50,138 nucleotides of DNA from an uncultured beta proteobacterium (lineage in GTDB: Bacteria > Pseudomonadota > Gammaproteobacteria > Burkholderiales > Burkholderiaceae): contig CAIVXR010000228.1 in assembly GCA_903909925.1 (NCBI GenBank), forward strand, positions 1 through 50,138, given 5' to 3'. Both the position numbers and the translations under genes were made by a program. Shown here piece after piece: positions 1 to 8,546 of the stretch (its first letter is position 1; every line of letters starts with the position of its first letter). The notes beneath the pieces were generated by a model. The model was given only the letters and a program-made list of their open reading frames with translations, searched no databases and was not told the origin of the DNA.

Positions 1-70
1 GTTCTATTTTCAATTTTTCGCCTGCGGCAACTTTATACTGCTTGCCACCGGTTTTTATGACCGCGTACAT
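1..70 (-). CDS. rplU: 50S ribosomal protein L21 (5' part, runs off window start)
   Basis: Manual translation from the ATG at 70 gives MYAVIKTGGKQYKVAAGEKLKIE, the canonical L21 N-terminus. GAGG SD upstream; divergent from ispB as usual. Not in the ORF track. Confidence 0.97.
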   Translation of the reverse strand, partial: MYAVIKTGGKQYKVAAGEKLKIE

Positions 71-145
71 GGTTTGAAACCTCAATTAATATCTACATTT
101 AAGCTAATCCACCCTGGATCAGCTAAGCCGATTATTATATCTTGC

Positions 146-1150
146 ATGCCAAGTACTGTCAAAATCAATGACTTAAGCCAAATCCTGGCCCCAATTGCCT
201 TAGATTTCAAGGCATTAGATGGGGTCATTCGTCAGCGATTAGCCTCAAAAGTCGCCTTAATTGACCAAATTTCCAGTTACATCATTCAGGCTGGCGGTAA
301 ACGTGTTCGACCAGCCCTATTAATGCTGGTAGCCAAGGCTCTCAGTAACGGCAAAGACACTCCCCACGCCCTAGAAATGGCTGCTGTAGTCGAATTTATC
401 CATACCGCCACTCTCCTGCATGACGATGTCGTCGATGAATCCACCCTCCGCAGGGGTCGAGAAACTGCAAACGCGGCTTTTGGCAATGCGGCTAGTGTTC
501 TCGTGGGTGATTTCCTCTATTCCAGAGCCTTCCAGATGATGATTGGCCCAAATGACCTGCGCGTGATGCAGATTCTGTCAGACGCCACCAATACGATCGC
601 TGAAGGCGAAGTATTGCAATTGCTGAACATGAATGATCCGGAAGTAGATGAAGCAAGTTATTTGCAAGTGATTCGCTATAAAACTGCCAAACTATTTGAA
701 GCATCAACTGAACTAGGCGCAATGTTGGCTAACGCAACCGATGTGCAGTGTGAGCAAGCTGCTGCATTTGGTCGCCACATTGGCACTGCATTCCAACTCA
801 TGGATGATTTATTAGATTACACGGCCAATGCTACGCAGATGGGCAAGAATGCTGGCGATGATTTACGGGAAGGCAAACCGACATTGCCTCTCATCTACTT
901 GCTAGAAAATGGTAGCAGTGAAGAGCGTCTTTTAGTACGGGCAGCCATTCAACAAAATCAAGATTTGCCAGACGATGTATTTGTACAAATTTTGAATGCC
1001 GTACGAACTTCTGGCGCTTTAGACTACACCCAAGCTGCGGCTAAACGAGAAGCAGAATTGGCCTTAGGATGCATTCAAGATTTTCCAGCTAATGAGGCAA
1101 CCTCAGCACTGCAGGCTTTGTGCGAATACTCGCTAGTACGCCAAACTTAA
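146..1150 (+). CDS. ispB: Octaprenyl/polyprenyl diphosphate synthase
   Basis: GGKRVRP, LLHDDVVD (FARM) and FQLMDDLLD (SARM) motifs; rplU-ispB synteny. Start moved to ATG 146 because the TTG at 74 overlaps the rplU RBS. Confidence 0.95.
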   Translation: MPSTVKINDLSQILAPIALDFKALDGVIRQRLASKVALIDQISSYIIQAGGKRVRPALLMLVAKALSNGKDTPHALEMAAVVEFIHTATLLHDDVVDESTLRRGRETANAAFGNAASVLVGDFLYSRAFQMMIGPNDLRVMQILSDATNTIAEGEVLQLLNMNDPEVDEASYLQVIRYKTAKLFEASTELGAMLANATDVQCEQAAAFGRHIGTAFQLMDDLLDYTANATQMGKNAGDDLREGKPTLPLIYLLENGSSEERLLVRAAIQQNQDLPDDVFVQILNAVRTSGALDYTQAAAKREAELALGCIQDFPANEATSALQALCEYSLVRQT

Positions 1151-1156
1151 AAGGGA

Positions 1157-2092
1157 TTAACCCCCTACGCTTTTCACTCGGAGCTCGCGTGCGGTAATAC
1201 GAGCCTGCTCGGCCTCTTTCCTCAAGCGTGAAATTTCTTGCGCAGATAGTCTTTCTAAATTTGAATAATCTAATTTCCAGGATGGGTCTGCTGACCAGAT
1301 CAGCGGTGACTGCACAGTCGTACGTGGCATAAAGGCAGACTCTAAAAGGCGCAGTGCCAACTCAAAGTTGAGCACCTGGGAACTGGGATCATGGGGCTTT
1401 GCTGCCGCATTTCCAAGAGGAAAGTCGCTAAATAAAAATCTCGGCACTCCGCAATATTCAACAATATCTTTTGCGGCCCCCATGACGACGGTAGAAATAC
1501 CATTTACCTCTAAATACCGGGCTAATAAACTTTGACTCTGATGACATATCGGGCAATTCGGAATTAAAACTGCAACATCTACTTTATCCACATGTAGCAT
1601 ATCTAAAATCAGTGGCGCATCTATTTCTAGAGTATGGCGTTGGCTACGATTCGTCGGTAAACCATAAAAATTCGGCGAGAGAGCCTTGACTCTTCCAGAT
1701 TGAACTGCTTGTTTGGCTGCCGCGAAGGGAAACCAACAGTCACTATCTTCCATATTGGCATTTTGACGATCGATGCCAACGTGGGCAATTCTTAAATCAA
1801 GATCAGTATCTAAGGGATTTTGGTAGGGCTGGTAAAACTTGGCAGTGGCGTTGTATGGGGCACCTGGGCCTTGAGGGCCTTTAGCGGGGTCATAGGGAAC
1901 GGCGGTAGTAATTAAGCCTATTACCGATTGATTGAGTGGTTTTTGCAGGGGTGTAAACGGCGCCTCAAGGTAATGCGCCCAAATATAAGGGTTCTCATAA
2001 CCTAAGCCTAAGTAATAACTACGGGTGCGCTCAATATAACGAATGGGCTGATCCAGTTCTGCTGCAAAAGTAAGCTCCAGAGCTTTAGACAT
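1157..2092 (-). CDS. Glycine/sarcosine/betaine (proline) reductase component B-like protein, Cys-type
   Basis: PFTPLQKPL..SVIGLITTA N-terminal motif and DVAVLIPNCPICHQ..LLARYLE..GISTV...VPRFL..DFPLG motif typical of the GrdB/PrdB family. ATG at 2092 has ACAGGGA upstream. Confidence 0.75.
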   Translation of the reverse strand: MSKALELTFAAELDQPIRYIERTRSYYLGLGYENPYIWAHYLEAPFTPLQKPLNQSVIGLITTAVPYDPAKGPQGPGAPYNATAKFYQPYQNPLDTDLDLRIAHVGIDRQNANMEDSDCWFPFAAAKQAVQSGRVKALSPNFYGLPTNRSQRHTLEIDAPLILDMLHVDKVDVAVLIPNCPICHQSQSLLARYLEVNGISTVVMGAAKDIVEYCGVPRFLFSDFPLGNAAAKPHDPSSQVLNFELALRLLESAFMPRTTVQSPLIWSADPSWKLDYSNLERLSAQEISRLRKEAEQARITARELRVKSVGG

Positions 2093-2147
2093 CACTTGAT
2101 CCCTGTAAGATATTGCGTATCGAATATTAACTCCACAGGAACCCATT

Positions 2148-2915
2148 ATGGCTCAATGGCTTAGATTTCAGCATCAAGGAAAAAGCAGTTTAGGACAGGT
2201 GCAAGGCGACCAAATCGCAGTTTATTCAGGCGACTTGTTCAAGGATCCAAAACCTACAGGTGAAACAGTCAAATTAGCAGATGTCACGATTGATATCCCT
2301 TGCATCCCATCCAAAATGGTTGCCATGGTAGATAACTTCTACGCGCTGGTTACTAAGCTAGAGCATGCTGTTCCTGCTGAACCGTTGTACTTTCTCAAAG
2401 GAAATAACTCCTTCTTAGCGGCCAATCAAATTATCCGCACGCCTAAGTCCTACACTGGCAAAGTAGTTTATGAGGGTGAGTTAGGAATCGTTATTGGAAA
2501 GCACGTACATGAAGCCGATGAATCTGAAGCTGCGAAAGCGATTTTTGGTTACACCTGCATTAATGATGTGACTGCTATAGAAATTCTGAACCGGGATCCA
2601 GGCTATGCGCAGTGGACACGCTCCAAGAGTTTTAATACCTTTGGTGTCTTTGGTCCTTACATCACAACCGATATTGATCCAAGCAAGTTAAGCATCAAGA
2701 CCATTCTCAATGATCAAGAGCGCCAAAACTATCCCATTGCAGATATGATTTTCCCACCCGCAAAATTAGTGAGCTTAATTTCACAAGATGTTCCATTAGA
2801 GCCAGGTGACATCATCGCTTGCGGAACTTCAGTGGGCGTTGGCTCAATGAAACCTGGCAGCAATGTCAGCATCATTATCGATGGTGTTGGTCGTCTCGAT
2901 AATCGTTTCGAATAA
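2148..2915 (+). CDS. Fumarylacetoacetate hydrolase (FAH) family protein
   Basis: YEGELGIVIG, GYTCINDVTA, RSKSFNTF..FGP and LEPGDIIACGT motifs; ACAGGA SD. Confidence 0.92.
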   Translation: MAQWLRFQHQGKSSLGQVQGDQIAVYSGDLFKDPKPTGETVKLADVTIDIPCIPSKMVAMVDNFYALVTKLEHAVPAEPLYFLKGNNSFLAANQIIRTPKSYTGKVVYEGELGIVIGKHVHEADESEAAKAIFGYTCINDVTAIEILNRDPGYAQWTRSKSFNTFGVFGPYITTDIDPSKLSIKTILNDQERQNYPIADMIFPPAKLVSLISQDVPLEPGDIIACGTSVGVGSMKPGSNVSIIIDGVGRLDNRFE

Positions 2916-2932
2916 AACAGTTTCTCTAAAAT

Positions 2933-2967
2933 AAAGCCCTTGCTACCAAACATAGCAAGGGCTTTTT
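2933..2967. terminator. Bidirectional intrinsic terminator between the convergent FAH and PanE-like genes
   Basis: Perfect 13-bp inverted repeat AAAGCCCTTGCTA (2933-2945) / TAGCAAGGGCTTT (2953-2965), 7-nt loop, T-run on + and A-rich flank for -. Confidence 0.9.
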
Positions 2968-2995
2968 AATACCTTTAGTTTGCTTTGATAGTTTT

Positions 2996-4015
2996 TTAGT
3001 AACCTGAAACAGATGGTAAAGCCAAGCTACCGTTAGAGGCTTGCACGTTTTCATCAAGATATTTTGTCAACGCAAATACGGCGTTCAAACATGGTGTTGG
3101 CGTTTGGGTAATCTGACCTAGCTCAATTGCAGAGCCCAAAAGCGCATCAATCTCCAAGCTACGGCCAGCCTCTAAGTCTTGCAACATGGAGGTCTTGTGC
3201 TTACCGACTTTTTCAGCACCAGCAATGCGGCGCTCAATATCGACGCGGAAAGTCACACCCAATTTTTCTGCAACAGTTTGTGCTTCTGCCATCATGTTGC
3301 GGGCTAATTCTTTGGTCGGTGGGTATTGGCAGATTCCCTCTAAAGTTCCATGTGTTAAAGCGCTAATTGGATTAAAAGTCATATTGCCCCAGAGCTTAAG
3401 CCAAATCTCCGAGCGAATATCTTCCAAAATAGGAGACTTAAATCCGGCTGCGCCCATCATCTCGGAGATCTTCTGAATACGCTCAGTAGGCTTGCCATCC
3501 AACTCGCCCAATGGGAAACGATTACCTTCTACGTGTCGAATTACGCCAGGAGCTTGAGTAAAGGTTGCAGGATAAACAACGCAACCAATAATATTGTTTG
3601 GGTTAATCGCATTCTTTGCGGCGCCACCTGCATCAACTGTCTCAACTGAGTGATCTTGATACTCGCCGCCAAGTTTTTGGAAATACCACCAAGGAATGCC
3701 ATTTTGCATCGGGATCAAAATAGTCTCTGGGCCCATGATGGCTTCTAAGTCATTAATAATCGGCTCAACTTGATGTGCCTTGACCGCTAGCATCACTACG
3801 TCTGGGGCCTCAACATCTGTAATTTTTTCAACTGCCTTCACTTCAGCTACCAAAGGCTCTGGCTGGTCGTCCATGATTAATGCCAAGCCACGTTCCTTGA
3901 TTGCCGCTAAAGTTGCGCCGCGTGCTACAACGGTTACTTCATTGCCAGCTCTCGCCAACATGACAGCGAGGTAGCCGCCAATGGCACCACCGCCACCAAT
4001 TACACAGATTTTCAT
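2996..4015 (-). CDS. Ketopantoate reductase (PanE/ApbA) family oxidoreductase, PWWYF subtype
   Basis: Rossmann GGGGAIGG, LAVKAHQ, MQNGIPWWYF, IWLKLWGN, KTSMLQD..GR.LEID motifs. Confidence 0.88.
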   Translation of the reverse strand: MKICVIGGGGAIGGYLAVMLARAGNEVTVVARGATLAAIKERGLALIMDDQPEPLVAEVKAVEKITDVEAPDVVMLAVKAHQVEPIINDLEAIMGPETILIPMQNGIPWWYFQKLGGEYQDHSVETVDAGGAAKNAINPNNIIGCVVYPATFTQAPGVIRHVEGNRFPLGELDGKPTERIQKISEMMGAAGFKSPILEDIRSEIWLKLWGNMTFNPISALTHGTLEGICQYPPTKELARNMMAEAQTVAEKLGVTFRVDIERRIAGAEKVGKHKTSMLQDLEAGRSLEIDALLGSAIELGQITQTPTPCLNAVFALTKYLDENVQASNGSLALPSVSGY

Positions 4016-4118
4016 AGGAACCTTAAAAGATTAAAAATTTTTGTATTAGTTCAATATTAGATGAGAATATTTTGGGGGACAACAAATTTGATTGCCTAAT
4101 TTTTAGGCAAAAGACTAT

Positions 4119-5534
4119 TTAGACTGCCTTTAATAGATCTTTAGAGACGTGGCTACCTAAGATCATTCCTATAATGCTCGCCAGTAAGCCTGCCAACTGG
4201 GGTGGCAAAACAGCATTTGGCGCCAGAATTTCACAGCTGATCCAAATTGCCAGGCCGCAGACCACTGATAGAAGGCCGCCCAAAGAATTTGCTCTTTGCC
4301 AATACACCCCAAAGGCTAAAGGTACGAATGCTGCAACTAAAGTTACCTTGTAGGCGCTCTCCACCATCTTGAAAATCGATAGTTCAGAATTAATCGCAAA
4401 GAAAGTCACTACTACAGAAAAACACAAGACCGTGATGCGCATGATTTTTAGCAAATCGTGATCCGTTAAATGTTTAAAAAAGCCTCTCACAATATTTTCT
4501 GCAAACGTTACCGACGGGGCGAGCAATGTTGCACTAGCGCAACTCTTAATCGCCGAGAGCAATGCCCCAAAAAACATGACCTGCGCAATCAATGGTGCGT
4601 GATTTAGAATTAATTTTGGCAGAATCATCTGTGGATCACTATGCAGGTATTCCTTCACTAAATCTGGGCTAATGAGTGTTGCTGAATACGCTAAATACAT
4701 GGGGACAAAAGCAAAAATAAAATATAGGACACCGCCTAAGATTGCCGCTTGCACAGCAATATTGACATTCTTAGAAGAGGTGATGCGCTGGAATACATCT
4801 TGCTGAGGAATCGAGCCAAGCATCATAGTGCATAAAGCGGCAACAAACCCTAAGATGGATGCCAGGTTCATATCTGGCCAGAAGTTACTAAATTGACCGG
4901 CGGCGGCGGCGTGCTCAATGACAACTGCAACTCCACCGGTTTGTCCAGCCATCTCTCCGCCGATATACAACATACCAATCACGATAATGATCATTTGAAT
5001 AAAGTCGGTAATTGCAACCGACCACATACCGCCAAACAACGTGTAAATCAACACACTGCCAGCGCCAATAATCATGCCACCCGTCTGAGAAATACTGCCA
5101 TCAGACACTACATTAAATACCAGGCCTAAAGCTTTAATTTGTGCAGCAACCCAGCCTAAATAAGAGACCACTATGCAAAGCGTGACCAATACTTCAACCG
5201 TACGCCCATATTTTTCACGAAAGAAATCGCCAATGGTAAGCATGCGGCGGTTATAGAGATGGCGTGCAAAAAAGAGGCCAACTAAAATTAAACACATGGA
5301 AGATCCAAAAGGATCGGCAACGACGCCACCCAAGCCCTCTTTTAGAAAAGTGGCAGGTATTCCTAAAACGGTCTCTGAACCAAACCAAGTGGCAAAAACA
5401 GTTGCCGTAACAATTGGTAGCGGAAGGCTATGACCAGCAGCAGCAAAGTCAGCAGTATTTTTAACCCGTAAGGCGGCCCATAGTCCAATACCGATGGATA
5501 TAAGCCAATAAATGATGACGAACCAAATGAGCAC
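4119..5534 (-). CDS. Sodium:solute symporter (SSS/SLC5) family
   Basis: Many hydrophobic helices; FATWFGSET, YTLFGGMWSVAITDFIQ, GSIPQQDVFQR motifs. GTG start at 5534 preceded by AAGGAG. Confidence 0.93.
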   Translation of the reverse strand: MLIWFVIIYWLISIGIGLWAALRVKNTADFAAAGHSLPLPIVTATVFATWFGSETVLGIPATFLKEGLGGVVADPFGSSMCLILVGLFFARHLYNRRMLTIGDFFREKYGRTVEVLVTLCIVVSYLGWVAAQIKALGLVFNVVSDGSISQTGGMIIGAGSVLIYTLFGGMWSVAITDFIQMIIIVIGMLYIGGEMAGQTGGVAVVIEHAAAAGQFSNFWPDMNLASILGFVAALCTMMLGSIPQQDVFQRITSSKNVNIAVQAAILGGVLYFIFAFVPMYLAYSATLISPDLVKEYLHSDPQMILPKLILNHAPLIAQVMFFGALLSAIKSCASATLLAPSVTFAENIVRGFFKHLTDHDLLKIMRITVLCFSVVVTFFAINSELSIFKMVESAYKVTLVAAFVPLAFGVYWQRANSLGGLLSVVCGLAIWISCEILAPNAVLPPQLAGLLASIIGMILGSHVSKDLLKAV

Positions 5535-5641
5535 GCCCGATTTCTCCTTGCGTAATTTGGTGAAATTATATGGCCTTGTCACTTTTACTAGTAAGGGGAT
5601 TTGTACTAAATTAGGGCACGATACTCTGACATAATCCAAGG

Positions 5642-6622
5642 GTGAATCCATCTCAGATAAGCTCTAGCGAGAACCCGAGCACAGATCTTGCTTACCAAAA
5701 AGCCATTTTGGGCTCGGTCTCCCGGACCTTTGCTCTGACTATCCCACTTTTACCTCCCATGATTGAAAAAGTGGTGGGCAATACGTATTTGCTTTGCCGA
5801 ATTGTCGACACTATTGAAGATGCGGCAGATTTAAGTCCCCAGACCAAACAAAATCTTTCTCAATTATTTTTAGATGCAGTTCTTGACAAAGTGGCTGTTG
5901 GGTCTTTTGTAGAGCCCTGCTTAAAAGCGCTAGCTCATTATGGCAATCAAGATGAATTAGATCTGATTGCTCATACCCCAATCGTTTTACGAATTTTGCA
6001 TACCTGCTCTCAAAGCGATCAAGCAGCGGTGAGTCGTTGCGTCTCTATCATGTCTGAGGGGATGTCCTACTTTCATGGCAAACAAACTCACGCAGGCCTT
6101 AAAGACATAGAGGAGTTTGAAAAGTACTGTTATGTTGTTGCAGGAGTTGTAGGGGAACTTCTTACTACTATTTTTAGCAATCACTCACCTGCGTTTGCAA
6201 AAAATATCAGAGGTCATGATGAGCTTGCTACTGCTTTTGGCCAAGCTTTGCAAATGACCAATATCTTGAAAGACTCACCTGAAGATCAAGCGCGAGGCGT
6301 CTCTTGGAAACCTGCCGATATCAGCCAGAAAGAGCTTCTACGGATTTCGTATCAAAAACTCCAAGACTCTCTAAGCTACATACTACTCATTCCCAAAACA
6401 GAGCTTGGGATGCGGCGCTTTTGTTTCTTAGCATTTGGTTTAGCAGTCATGACGCTCTCTAAAATTGCGCAGAGAAAACAATTTAGCAACCAATCTGAGG
6501 TAAAGCTCTCCCGAAAAACGGTGATGGTTTTTTATACCTTTACGCGATTTGCAGTGAAAAGTGATGCTCTCATGCAAATCTTTTTCAATGCAACATCCAA
6601 ATCTCTCAGAAAAGAAATTTGA
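5642..6622 (+). CDS. Squalene/phytoene synthase family (squalene-synthase-like)
   Basis: SVSRTFAL flap, YLLCRIVDTIED, YCYVVAGVVG, GQALQMTNILKD..ED motifs of head-to-head prenyl synthases. Confidence 0.88.
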   Translation: MNPSQISSSENPSTDLAYQKAILGSVSRTFALTIPLLPPMIEKVVGNTYLLCRIVDTIEDAADLSPQTKQNLSQLFLDAVLDKVAVGSFVEPCLKALAHYGNQDELDLIAHTPIVLRILHTCSQSDQAAVSRCVSIMSEGMSYFHGKQTHAGLKDIEEFEKYCYVVAGVVGELLTTIFSNHSPAFAKNIRGHDELATAFGQALQMTNILKDSPEDQARGVSWKPADISQKELLRISYQKLQDSLSYILLIPKTELGMRRFCFLAFGLAVMTLSKIAQRKQFSNQSEVKLSRKTVMVFYTFTRFAVKSDALMQIFFNATSKSLRKEI

Positions 6623-6624
6623 AA

Positions 6625-7137
6625 TTACAGCGCGCCTTCATGCTTCAAAAGCCATAATTTGATTTGGCGATATAAACCAGGCGTATTTTCCTTCATAAAA
6701 CCACCAATCCCTTGGGCAGAAACGACTCGGTGACAGGGTGCGATCAAGGGATAGGGATTAGCCCCGCATGCCGTCCCTACTGCACGCGGACCACTCTTGA
6801 TCCTCTTTGCAATCTCGCCATAAGTTTTGGTTTTACCAACGGGTATCGCCGCAATACTTCTCCAAACCGTTTGTTGATGCTGTGTTCCCGATGGCTTAAG
6901 CGGCAAATCAAACTGATGATGTGGATTCTGAAAGTAGGCTTTGAGCTGCTTTTCAGCCTGTCGCGCCAATTGGTTTTGGGGGGCAACTAAGGCTGTAGTT
7001 GCGGGCAGATACTCAATTTTGGACAGCATCAAACTACCATCAACTAACTCCGTCAAAATCCCCAATCTTCCAAAGGGGGCTGCAATGACGCAATATTGAG
7101 CATTATCTGCAATAACTTGTTTTTTGACTGGAGTCAT
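6625..7137 (-). CDS. ogt: Methylated-DNA--protein-cysteine methyltransferase
   Basis: TYGEIA...RAVG.ACGANP...PCHRVV active-site motif. Confidence 0.93.
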   Translation of the reverse strand: MTPVKKQVIADNAQYCVIAAPFGRLGILTELVDGSLMLSKIEYLPATTALVAPQNQLARQAEKQLKAYFQNPHHQFDLPLKPSGTQHQQTVWRSIAAIPVGKTKTYGEIAKRIKSGPRAVGTACGANPYPLIAPCHRVVSAQGIGGFMKENTPGLYRQIKLWLLKHEGAL

Positions 7138-7256
7138 AGGAAGTAATTCTCACATAATTAAACACTGCAGACCACACTACTTTCTTTCATATCTATAGCA
7201 TGTGAAATGCCACTTTGCTATATTGATTCATCCTCACTTTTTTGCAGGCAGATACC

Positions 7257-8546
7257 ATGGACACCTTTTTTGACGATTGGCCTTTTTATAGCCAAGTTGC
7301 TCTAGTCCTATTTTTACTCGCTCTTTCTGGCTTTTTCTCTATGGCCGAAACCAGTATGTTGTCATCCAATCGTCATCGCCTACGGGCTATGGCTACGAGC
7401 GGCAATAAAGGCGCTGCTTTAGCAGAGCAACTGCTAAAGCGCATTGATTCGCTCTTATCTGTGCTCTTAATTTCGAATAACCTCATCAACACCATCCTGC
7501 CAATCCTTGTGACTGGAATTGCGCTGCACATATTTGGCGATAGCGGGCTCGTACTTTCTTTAGCAACCTTAGTAGTTGCTTTGCTCATTATTATTTTTAG
7601 TGAAATCACACCAAAAGTGATCGGGGCAGCCTATCCAGAAAAGATTGCTTCTCGCGTAGGCTGGTTTATTTTGCCGCTGACCTTTTTTCTAAAACCATTG
7701 CTATGGTTTATTAATAGCTTTGTATCAGGTCTGATGAAGGCATCAGGACTGCAATCTTCTGCTGACAGCAGAACCATGAGTAAAGAAGAGTTGCGCAGCT
7801 TAGTTTTGGAATCTAATCGATTTGTGTCAAATCATCATCGCAATATTTTGCTGAACTTATTTAACTTAGAAAATATTCTGGTTAATGATGTGATGACCCC
7901 GAGATCGAAAATTGAAATTTTGGATCTCTCGCGACCGATTGACGAGGTAGTTCAACAGTTAGAGACGTGCTATCACAACAAGTTACCTGTTTGTGATGGT
8001 GATTCTGAGCGTATCGTTGGTATCCTATCTGTCAAGAAAGCTCTGTCACTATTAGGCGATACAGACTTAAAGCATGAAGACTTTAAGTCCTTATTGAATG
8101 AGCCTTATTTCATTCCAAGTGGAACACCAGTCTTGCAACAAATGCAATTCTTTCAAGATAACCAGCAGCGCTTAAGTCTGGTCGTCAATGAGTATGGCGA
8201 GGTTCTTGGTTTAGTAACTTTTGAAGATATTGTGGAAGAGCTTATTGGTGAGTTCACAACCTCTTTTTCTAATCTTTCAACTGATCCTCATTGGTTAGCC
8301 AATGGCACCTATCTGGCTAGCGGTACTGCATCTCTAAGAGATCTCAATCGCCTGCTAAATCTCAATCTACCCTTAGATGGTCCTCGCACCCTCAATGGCC
8401 TAATCCTCGAGAAGCTTGAGGCAATACCAGATCATGATGTGAGCTTGAGAATTGCTGACATCGTGATGGAGATCATGCAATTTGATGAACAAGGTGTGAA
8501 GACTGTCAAGCTCTATCGACCCTCAATTAATCAAGAGCAAGATTGA
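7257..8546 (+). CDS. CNNM/HlyC/CorC family transporter (DUF21 + CBS pair + CorC; YfjD-like)
   Basis: LSGFFSMAETS, FSEITPK, VMTPR, VVNEYG..GLVTFEDIVEELIGE, GPRTLNGLILE motifs. ATG 7257 preferred over TTG 7242. Confidence 0.92.
   Translation: MDTFFDDWPFYSQVALVLFLLALSGFFSMAETSMLSSNRHRLRAMATSGNKGAALAEQLLKRIDSLLSVLLISNNLINTILPILVTGIALHIFGDSGLVLSLATLVVALLIIIFSEITPKVIGAAYPEKIASRVGWFILPLTFFLKPLLWFINSFVSGLMKASGLQSSADSRTMSKEELRSLVLESNRFVSNHHRNILLNLFNLENILVNDVMTPRSKIEILDLSRPIDEVVQQLETCYHNKLPVCDGDSERIVGILSVKKALSLLGDTDLKHEDFKSLLNEPYFIPSGTPVLQQMQFFQDNQQRLSLVVNEYGEVLGLVTFEDIVEELIGEFTTSFSNLSTDPHWLANGTYLASGTASLRDLNRLLNLNLPLDGPRTLNGLILEKLEAIPDHDVSLRIADIVMEIMQFDEQGVKTVKLYRPSINQEQD

Noticed and set aside
74-145. 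N-terminal extensions in the ORF track (ispB 74, GrdB-like 2146, SSS 5651, ftsQ 23621, murC 26033, mltA 46250)
   Set aside because: They overlap neighbouring genes or RBSs; downstream starts have an SD, translational coupling, a -10 box or a proper signal peptide.
1540-1570. Possible selenocysteine codon/SECIS in the GrdB-like gene
   Set aside because: The frame is open with Cys codons at both CxxC positions; there is no in-frame UGA.
5585-5594. TTACTAGTAA palindrome between the SSS and squalene-synthase genes
   Set aside because: A 10-bp AT-rich palindrome can easily arise by chance; no supporting context.
1151-7256. tRNA or integrated mobile element next to ispB
   Set aside because: No cloverleaf or TTCGA T-loop pattern in the intergenic gaps; no integrase, transposase or flanking direct repeats seen.
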